Positions 1-4,741 are shown, counted from the first letter of the stretch. The stretch: 5,570 bases of DNA from Candidatus Iainarchaeum sp. (GCA_903916665.1 CAIWXP010000050.1:1-5570), one strand, 5' to 3'. Notes: generated from the sequence alone by a model not told the origin. A program made the numbers and translations.

Positions 1-198
1 AATAAAATCCATATAAAAATAAATTATCAATGTGTCTATGGCTACATAAATAATAGTTATTAGAATTGTTATTACTCCGTGTAAATTATACATGTCATTA
101 TGAATTAAACCATTTTTTACTGATTTTAAATTTTTGTAAATTAGCCATCCAAGGAAAACAAATAAAATTATTGCTAAAATCCAAGATAGTATGTCCAT
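1..198 (-). CDS. Partial CDS (N-terminus only, continues past window start): small hydrophobic/membrane protein, function unknown
   Basis: Not in the supplied track because there is no stop codon in the window. Manual minus-strand translation from the ATG (complement of 196-198) gives MDILSWILAIILFVFLGWLIYKNLKSVKNGLIHNDMYNLHGVITILITIIYVAIDTLIIYFYMDFI, open to position 1. It has two helix-length hydrophobic stretches. A TATA-like TTTATATA (220-227) is centred about 26 nt upstream of this ATG. Confidence 0.4.
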   Translation of the reverse strand, partial: MDILSWILAIILFVFLGWLIYKNLKSVKNGLIHNDMYNLHGVITILITIIYVAIDTLIIYFYMDFI

Positions 199-219
199 TG
201 AAGATAAATAGCCCTAATG

Positions 220-250
220 TTTATATATTTTGCTAAATATCTATTATATA
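220..250. promoter_or_regulatory. Divergent promoter region with two TATA-like boxes (TTTATATA 220-227; TTATATA 244-250)
   Basis: Matches to the archaeal TATA consensus (TTTAWATA-like). The 220-227 box is about 26 nt from the minus-strand ATG at 198, consistent with a leaderless transcript. The 244-250 box lies about 40 nt upstream of the csp ATG at 289, leaving a short 5' UTR that carries GGAG (277-280). Assignment of each box to a gene is inferred. Confidence 0.3.
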
Positions 251-288
251 CCTTAAATCAAGGTAAACATAAGAACGGAGTGAAAAAA

Positions 289-483
289 ATGGAAGGAACT
301 GTTAAGTTTTATAACTTTAAAAAAAGATTTGGTTTTATAGCTGGATCAGACGGTAAGGATTACTTTGTACACCAAACTGGTATTGAACCAAGAACTATCT
401 TAAAAGAAGCAACTAAGGTTACTTTTGAAGTAGATGCTTCAGATGACAAAGGCCCTAAAGCAATTAAAGTAAAAGCAGAATAA
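289..483 (+). CDS. csp: Cold-shock domain protein (CspA family), 64 aa
   Basis: MEGTVKFYNFKKRFGFIAGSDGKDYFVHQTGI... carries the cold-shock domain RNP1-like motif (K-R-FGFI) and RNP2-like motif (DYFVHQ). I chose the internal ATG at 289 over the track start at 217 because GGAG at 277-280 sits 8 nt upstream. The 24-aa N-terminal extension (MFIYFAKYLLYTLNQ...) also overlaps the promoter and has no cold-shock-domain counterpart. Confidence 0.85.
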   Translation: MEGTVKFYNFKKRFGFIAGSDGKDYFVHQTGIEPRTILKEATKVTFEVDASDDKGPKAIKVKAE

Positions 484-514
484 AATTATTATGCTTATTC
501 TTGAATTATAAAAG

Positions 515-537
515 AGCTAAGAAATTAGCTTTTTTTC
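515..537 (+). terminator. Hairpin plus T-run downstream of csp
   Basis: AGCTAA (515-520) / GAAA loop / TTAGCT (525-530), followed directly by a T-run through 536. This gives seven consecutive Ts from 530 to 536 (the first is the last stem base). It lies 32 nt after the csp stop. Oligo-T tracts are the established archaeal termination signal. Confidence 0.5.
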
Positions 538-560
538 TTATTTTTTATTTATTTTTTCTA

Positions 561-570
561 ATATATAAAT
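561..570 (+). promoter_or_regulatory. TATA-like box (ATATATAAAT) for the glycosyltransferase gene
   Basis: Located 21-30 nt upstream of the ATG at 591, with no Shine-Dalgarno-like purine run between them. This is consistent with a leaderless transcript. Confidence 0.35.
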
Positions 571-590
571 AGTATGCTTATAATATTTTT

Positions 591-1421
591 ATGAGTAATT
601 TTATTTTAGATTTCTTCTCAGGATTATTTGGTAGACAAACTACATCTGAAGATCTTCCTAAAACAGTATTGGTTATTTGCACCCATAATGAATATAAATA
701 TAATCAGCATGGTTATAGAAATTTAGTTAGAACTTTGGATTTAATTAAAGATACTGGTTTACCATTACATATTGTTGTTGTTGATGATGGTTCAAAAGAT
801 GGTACAAAAGATTATTTAGAAAGAAGAGTTAAATTGCAAAATAATTTAACAGTTGTATCATTGCCAGAAAATTTAGGCAAAGCAGATGCTTTTTTTATGG
901 GATTAAGAAAAGCATATACCTTTGGTCCAGAATCTATTGTTACATTAGATGCAGATATGGTTACTATTCCTAGAAAATCATTGTTACAAATGATTTTGTT
1001 ATCTAGTCAGAAAACAGGAGAAGGTAAATCATATATGTGTGTTGCAAATCAAGAAGAAAGATCAGAGTTACATTATAAAATTTTTTTACCTTCGGATCCT
1101 CAAATATCTGGTATGAGAGCATTTAGTCGTCAAGCAATATCAAAAATATTTTTTGCTCCTCATATTAATTCAATAAAAGGATTTTTTTTAGAACCATTTT
1201 TAGAGGATCTTTTTAAAGAAGAAAAAGAATTTTTAAGAAAAGTAAAATTCAGAACAGAATATCCTTATAAAACTGATGAAAGTAGGCGATCTCAAGAAAC
1301 AGAAATTCCTAGATTTAGAAAATTATTAGAAGAAAGAAGAACACAAAGAGAATCAGGAAAACAGAGAATGCAAGAAATTCATAAGCCAGAATTTAAGCCT
1401 CGAAGAGAACCACCAAAATAA
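591..1421 (+). CDS. Family 2 glycosyltransferase (GT-A fold) with a long Lys/Arg/Glu-rich C-terminal tail
   Basis: HIVVVDDGSKDGT (the nucleotide-sugar binding motif typical of GT2), NLGKADAFFMGL, and the DXD-type motif TLDADM. There is no clear transmembrane helix. The last ~70 aa are low-complexity and charged (KEEKEFLRK...EERRTQRESGKQRMQEIHKPEFKPRREPPK). Confidence 0.8.
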   Translation: MSNFILDFFSGLFGRQTTSEDLPKTVLVICTHNEYKYNQHGYRNLVRTLDLIKDTGLPLHIVVVDDGSKDGTKDYLERRVKLQNNLTVVSLPENLGKADAFFMGLRKAYTFGPESIVTLDADMVTIPRKSLLQMILLSSQKTGEGKSYMCVANQEERSELHYKIFLPSDPQISGMRAFSRQAISKIFFAPHINSIKGFFLEPFLEDLFKEEKEFLRKVKFRTEYPYKTDESRRSQETEIPRFRKLLEERRTQRESGKQRMQEIHKPEFKPRREPPK

Positions 1422-1422
1422 T

Positions 1423-1992
1423 TTATTTTCTCAAATTTTTTAATAAGCTATCAATTGTTTTTTTGTATTTAATTTTTTTCATTGCTCTAGGATATTTAGG
1501 ATTTAATCTATCATTAATCCAATGCTTGCTCCAGCCTTTTGTTGTTGTAATGAATTCTTTTGCAAAATCTTTTGATATTTCTAAACAACCTGTTAATATT
1601 ACATCAATATATGATTGAATTAATGGATTTGCTTTTGATGCTTTGCTAGGATGATTTGCAACATAGGTATAAATATGGCCGTTAATTACTGTTTTTCGTT
1701 TTAAAAAAGTAATATTCTTTTTATCTAGTTTAATTCTTGAATAATCTGCTTCAAATTCTCTTTTATCAAATTCTTTTAATTCTTTTTTTGTTACTTCAAA
1801 TATAACCCCATTACAAAAAGAATTATTGTTAGGGGTTGCTCCTAAAGCAGTTGCACCTAAATGCTTTACAACTAAAGACCAAGATCTTTCTATTCCTTTA
1901 ATTCTAACAGAATATGCTTTGCCTGAGCTTGTTGTTTTATCCCTACTTGATTTGCATATTAAACTACCATAGCCAAAGATATATTGTGTCAT
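1423..1992 (-). CDS. Gamma-glutamylcyclotransferase-fold protein (ChaC/AIG2-like)
   Basis: The N-terminal IFGYGSL motif is characteristic of the GGCT/ChaC family. The later FDKREFEADY resembles the ChaC LDxRExxGY segment that carries the catalytic Glu. Substrate is unknown. Confidence 0.65.
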   Translation of the reverse strand: MTQYIFGYGSLICKSSRDKTTSSGKAYSVRIKGIERSWSLVVKHLGATALGATPNNNSFCNGVIFEVTKKELKEFDKREFEADYSRIKLDKKNITFLKRKTVINGHIYTYVANHPSKASKANPLIQSYIDVILTGCLEISKDFAKEFITTTKGWSKHWINDRLNPKYPRAMKKIKYKKTIDSLLKNLRK

Positions 1993-2049
1993 AATATAAT
2001 GAAATTAGAATAAATTAAAAATGTATGTAACTTATTTATCAAAAACAAA

Positions 2050-2502
2050 TTACATATTTACATCATTTTTGCCAAAAGATTCATAAACTTTAAAACCAAA
2101 TTTTTCGTATAATGGGATTTTTTCAATTGCACAACTTAAAGTAACTCTTCTTACATTATAACTTTTTTTTGCATATTTTTTTGCAAATTCCATAATTTGT
2201 CTAGCCATTCCTAAATTTCTAAATATATCACTTTCTGATTCTTCATCACCAACCCATAAATTATAAAAATGAGCTCTAGTGCCTGCAAAAAATAAATCTA
2301 AGTTAGCAATTACTTTTTCATTTTCATCTTTAATTACTAATTTCTTTTTATTGTAACCTTCATCAATAACATCTAAACTCTTTTTAAATCTTCTAATTAG
2401 CATTTTTCTAGCTTCTTTCAAAACCAATTCTCTTTCTGAATCGTTTAATGTTCTTGCCCCTGGTTTTAATGCTCTTGTTAATCGTCTTAATTCATTTGCC
2501 AT
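2050..2502 (-). CDS. GNAT-family N-acetyltransferase (minimal, 150 aa)
   Basis: The acetyl-CoA binding motif A pattern R/Q-x-x-G-x-A/G appears as RNLGMA, followed by helix RQIMEFAKKYAKK. The C-terminal PLYEKFGFKV is typical of GNAT beta5-alpha4-beta6. Acceptor is unknown. Confidence 0.7.
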   Translation of the reverse strand: MANELRRLTRALKPGARTLNDSERELVLKEARKMLIRRFKKSLDVIDEGYNKKKLVIKDENEKVIANLDLFFAGTRAHFYNLWVGDEESESDIFRNLGMARQIMEFAKKYAKKSYNVRRVTLSCAIEKIPLYEKFGFKVYESFGKNDVNM

Positions 2503-2520
2503 AAATAAATATAGAAAGAG

Positions 2521-2530
2521 TTTTATAATT
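2521..2530. promoter_or_regulatory. Single near-symmetric TATA-like element (TTTTATAATT) in the middle of a 45-bp divergent intergenic region
   Basis: The intergenic region 2503-2547 separates the minus-strand ATG (ending at 2502) from the plus-strand ATG (2548). The TTTTATAA core lies about 19-27 nt from both start codons. Neither side has a Shine-Dalgarno-like sequence. Confidence 0.3.
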
Positions 2531-2547
2531 GTATTTGTTATTTATTT

Positions 2548-3102
2548 ATGGTTATTGCCTATATTCACGGAAGATTTCAACCATTCCACAAAGGCCATTT
2601 AGCATTGTTATTATATGCATTAAACAAATATGACGAACTTTGGATAGGAATATCAAATCCATTGCGTGAATTGCCTCCTAATTTTATTTCCTTTGAAAAT
2701 GATTTGAAAGCAAGTATTTTGAAAGCACGAGACCCAAAGAAAAATATATTTACTTATTTAGAACGAGAAGAAATGATTTTGAAATCCTTAGAATATGAAA
2801 ATATAGATTTGAAAAGAGTTAAAGTATTACCTCATTTTGGTTACTATGATTCTAAGAATTGGCAAGACTTTTTACCTGAGAAAGAGAATTCGATTTTAGT
2901 TATACACCCTAAAGATTTGCATCATAAATTAAAATTAGATGTCTATGACAAATTAGGCTGGCGAATTGATGATGTGCCATTATTAGATCCAGGAGTTTCA
3001 GGAACTGATTTTCACAAAGAGTATCCTTTAGATGATTGGCAACAATATGTTCCTAAAGGCACAATAGAAGTATTAGAAAAGATATTGTTAAACAAAAAAT
3101 AG
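2548..3102 (+). CDS. nadM: Nicotinamide-nucleotide adenylyltransferase homolog, archaeal NadM type (cytidylyltransferase-like fold)
   Basis: The N-terminal HGRFQPFHKGH matches the archaeal NMNAT GRFQPFHxGH (HxGH) signature. KNIFTYLEREEMILKSL...IDLKRVKVLP and the C-terminal VSGTDF...DDWQQYVPKGTIEVLEKI parallel archaeal NMNAT as I recall it (SGTEIR...EDWEELVPxxV). The second motif lacks the usual Arg, and there is an insertion after the first helix. Confidence 0.7.
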   Translation: MVIAYIHGRFQPFHKGHLALLLYALNKYDELWIGISNPLRELPPNFISFENDLKASILKARDPKKNIFTYLEREEMILKSLEYENIDLKRVKVLPHFGYYDSKNWQDFLPEKENSILVIHPKDLHHKLKLDVYDKLGWRIDDVPLLDPGVSGTDFHKEYPLDDWQQYVPKGTIEVLEKILLNKK

Positions 3103-3107
3103 ATTAA

Positions 3108-3596
3108 TTAAATTTCAATAAATTGTCCAGTTTTCATATTTCGTTTACATTTGTCCCATCGGATAACTCTACCGTGCATTGCAATATACACACCTTTATC
3201 TAAAATGTTTAATGCACCTATTGCCATTCCTATGTTTATTGATGCATCAGAATTAGTAAATCTTTCCGGTCGCATTGCACCAGTTATAATAATTGCCTTA
3301 TCTTTTATTGTGCTTAACACTTTTGCAGTTTCTAACATTGTGTCTGTGCCATGAGTAACAATTATTTTATTGCTTTTTGTTTTTTTACAAACATCTGCAA
3401 TTTTTAATCTATCTTTTGGTGTTATTTCTAAGCTATCTTTTTTTAATGCAGAAATAATTTCATATTTAAAATCAGGATTTAGTTTTTCTAAAATTCTTTT
3501 TACTGCGGGTTCAGATATTTCAAAAGCATATCCTTTTGTTGTTCTTGGATAATCTTTATCAATTGTACCACCGGTTTGAATAAAAGTAATTTTCAT
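3108..3596 (-). CDS. Short, single-domain L-asparaginase-like amidohydrolase (N-terminal catalytic domain only, 162 aa)
   Basis: TGGTI (nucleophile Thr motif), HGTDTM (Thr-Asp pair), GAMRP, SDA..N, and a C-terminal Lys-rich segment (WDKCKRNMK) aligning with the catalytic Lys region of type I/II asparaginases. The ~150-aa C-terminal domain of classical enzymes is absent. Confidence 0.75.
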   Translation of the reverse strand: MKITFIQTGGTIDKDYPRTTKGYAFEISEPAVKRILEKLNPDFKYEIISALKKDSLEITPKDRLKIADVCKKTKSNKIIVTHGTDTMLETAKVLSTIKDKAIIITGAMRPERFTNSDASINIGMAIGALNILDKGVYIAMHGRVIRWDKCKRNMKTGQFIEI

Positions 3597-3618
3597 AGTA
3601 AAAGGAATATTATAGATA

Positions 3619-3630
3619 TTTATATAATTA
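3619..3630 (-). promoter_or_regulatory. TATA-like box for the asparaginase-like gene
   Basis: The minus-strand reading TAATTATATAAA is centred about 28 nt upstream of the ATG at 3596, with no Shine-Dalgarno-like sequence. This is consistent with a leaderless mRNA. Confidence 0.3.
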
Positions 3631-3718
3631 TGTTTGGTATTTGAAAAATAAATTTCAAAAATATCAAATAAATTTTATAATTAGTCAGCTATGCTGATTG
3701 ATATTTTTGATTATGGGT

Positions 3719-3800
3719 TAGGGAGACTTGTTTCTTGGAACAAGAAATAAGAGTGGGGAAGGCCGGATCCTCGCGAGGCCTTTCTTTTGAAAAAAGAAAG
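3719..3800 (-). pseudogene. Internally deleted ghost copy of the tRNA-Ile locus (3' acceptor end plus both flanks, no functional cloverleaf)
   Basis: By manual alignment, 3727-3768 matches 3885-3926 at 39/42 positions. That region covers the tRNA-Ile 3' trailer hairpin plus the last 15 nt of the tRNA. 3781-3799 is 19/19 identical to 3995-4013, the hairpin on the 5' side of tRNA-Ile. About 60 nt of tRNA body are replaced by CCTCGCGAGGCC. The T-stem 5' strand, anticodon arm, D arm and 5' acceptor strand are all absent. Confidence 0.6.
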
Positions 3801-3823
3801 TACACCGTCTGTCCAAAGAAAAT

Positions 3824-3858
3824 AACTTGCTTTGCAAGTTCAATTCACTAGTGAATTG
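3824..3858. repeat. Two abutting perfect inverted repeats
   Basis: AACTTGC-TTT-GCAAGTT (3824-3840, 7-bp arms) is followed immediately by the 18-nt perfect palindrome CAATTCACTAGTGAATTG (3841-3858). Confidence 0.7.
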
Positions 3859-3911
3859 ATATCCACAAAATTACGTAGGGGCTACTTGTTACTTGGAACA
3901 AGAAACAAGAA

Positions 3912-3986
3912 TGGGGAAGGCCGGATTCGAACCGGCGGCCTCCCGATTATCAGTCGGGTGCTCCAACCAGGCTAAGCTACATCCCC
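3912..3986 (-). tRNA. tRNA-Ile (anticodon GAU), 75 nt, no encoded CCA
   Basis: The minus strand reads GGGGATG TA GCTT AGCCTGGTTG GAGC A CCCGA CTGATAA TCGGG AGGCC GCCGG TTCGAAT CCGGC CTTCCCC A. It forms a full cloverleaf with a GTTCGAAT T-loop and a 5-nt variable loop. There is one U6-U67 mismatch in the acceptor stem and one G-U pair in the D stem. Confidence 0.9.
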
Positions 3987-3993
3987 TCTATCT

Positions 3994-4014
3994 TTTTCTT
4001 TTGAAAAAAGAAAA
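3994..4014. promoter_or_regulatory. Perfect 9-bp A/T hairpin (TTTTCTTTT-GAA-AAAAGAAAA), 7 nt from the tRNA-Ile 5' end
   Basis: Perfect complementarity with a 3-nt loop. It occupies roughly -8 to -28 relative to the mature tRNA 5' end at 3986. No co-directional upstream gene exists that it could terminate. Its role (promoter, leader or protein site) is inferred. Confidence 0.45.
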
Positions 4015-4204
4015 CCTTAAGGTCACTAAAAGAAAACCTGTATGTCTTTTGTTTTACAAAGCGAGCATACTATATAAATCATTAATATATAATAAGGATA
4101 GATTAATATTGTTGAAAAACATTTATAAAGTATTCCTTATAACCCAAACCAAAGCTTTTTAATTACTCACACCTTATATATTTAATTAAGGCCGAGGTGA
4201 ATAT

Positions 4205-4612
4205 ATGCCTACAAATGCAATGAATTCTGAGATGTTTGATCCTAACAAGTCAAAGATGCGAGAAATGGAAATTGAATTAGATCAAAATGATGATGTTTTA
4301 GATTGTTTGAAACAAGTAATGAAAGAAAATAATATACATCAAGCAAATGTTATTGGTTTTACAGGAAATGTTTTAAGTTTAGGTGTTAATTATTTTGAAA
4401 ATAGTACTTTAAAAAATGTAAAATACTTTGAACCCCATGAGATAACTAGAGGTTTAGGGGAATTAAAATATGATTTTATTAAAGATTCTGTGTTTGGCAG
4501 AGTTAGAATAAATTATATACACAAAGGTAAAACTTTTGATGGTATTCTAATGAATGCAAAGGCAATTGCTGGGTTTAAAATTGTGTTTTCGTTTTTACAG
4601 CAATCAGAGTAA
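4205..4612 (+). CDS. PPC/DUF296-like domain protein (putative DNA-binding), 135 aa
   Basis: A strong Shine-Dalgarno-like GAGGTGA (4194-4200) lies 4 nt before the ATG. IELDQNDDVLDCLKQVMKENNIHQANVIGFTGNV...YFEPHEITRGLGEL follows the DUF296 pattern (L.L..G.D.l..l..f..e..i..a.v.g.iG.l......y......e..gp.Ei.sl.G.i). Family assignment rests on recalled pattern only. Confidence 0.5.
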   Translation: MPTNAMNSEMFDPNKSKMREMEIELDQNDDVLDCLKQVMKENNIHQANVIGFTGNVLSLGVNYFENSTLKNVKYFEPHEITRGLGELKYDFIKDSVFGRVRINYIHKGKTFDGILMNAKAIAGFKIVFSFLQQSE

Positions 4613-4722
4613 CAAACCTTTATAAAGGATTTGGCTCTTAAATTTTAAATCGAAACTTTTTATGGTTTTGCGAAGTATTTGTGTTGATACACAAAGCAAT
4701 ATAAGTTTTTTGCGAAACCTCA

Positions 4723-4741
4723 GCTTTTTTGTTAAAAAAGC
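4723..4741. promoter_or_regulatory. Perfect 8-bp A/T hairpin (GCTTTTTT-GTT-AAAAAAGC), 6 nt upstream of tRNA-Tyr
   Basis: Perfect complementarity with a 3-nt loop, ending 6 nt before the tRNA 5' end at 4748. Its architecture and position match the hairpin next to tRNA-Ile. Confidence 0.45.

Noticed and set aside
217-288. N-terminal 24-aa extension of the csp ORF
   Set aside because: The extension overlaps the TATA-like boxes and has no homology to cold-shock domains. The internal ATG at 289 has a properly spaced GGAG.
2050-2502. GNAT toxin of a type II toxin-antitoxin pair (TacT/AtaT-like)
   Set aside because: There is no small RHH or DUF1778-type antitoxin ORF adjacent or overlapping. The upstream neighbour is a divergent NMNAT homolog and the downstream neighbour a ChaC-like enzyme.
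3151-3552. Two plus-strand ORFs (3151-3354, 3370-3552) from the track
   Set aside because: Both lie entirely antisense to the well-supported asparaginase-like CDS. They encode hydrophobic low-complexity peptides typical of antisense frames in AT-rich genes.
3691-3750. 19-aa small ORF (MLIDIFDYGLGRLVSWNKK) overlapping the start of the Ile ghost
   Set aside because: No Shine-Dalgarno-like sequence or properly spaced TATA box. The corresponding frame is not preserved in the second repeat copy. It is too short to support without expression or conservation data.
3761-3781. Synthetic polylinker or vector contamination (adjacent BamHI, NruI and StuI sites)
   Set aside because: The flanks on both sides are homologous to the native tRNA-Ile locus, and part of the GC stretch derives from the tRNA T-arm and variable region. 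GGATCCTC also occurs inside two native genes (about 1095 and 5150). A natural origin is more likely, though read-level assembly support should still be checked.
3719-3800. Split-tRNA 3' half gene (Nanoarchaeum-style) or tRNA-like minihelix
   Set aside because: The T-stem 5' strand is lost (TCGCG cannot pair with CCGGC). There is no anticodon-stem 3' strand and no 5' acceptor partner, so it cannot assemble into a tRNA or a minihelix.
3769-3884. Integrated mobile element bounded by the 42-nt direct repeats (similarly 4869-4950 between the 21-nt repeats)
   Set aside because: The intervals are only about 116 and 82 nt and encode nothing. For Ile the duplication also includes the tRNA 5'-flanking hairpin, which an att duplication would not copy. 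At most these are scars, and a larger element would need further repeat copies outside the window.
3719-4014. CRISPR array
   Set aside because: There are only two copies of each repeat. The copies differ, are not regularly spaced, and one copy is part of a tRNA gene.
3893-4162. 89-aa plus-strand ORF from the six-frame track
   Set aside because: It runs antisense straight through tRNA-Ile (3912-3986) and the A/T hairpin and uses a TTG start. It has no ribosome-binding site or promoter context and a low-complexity product. It is almost certainly spurious.
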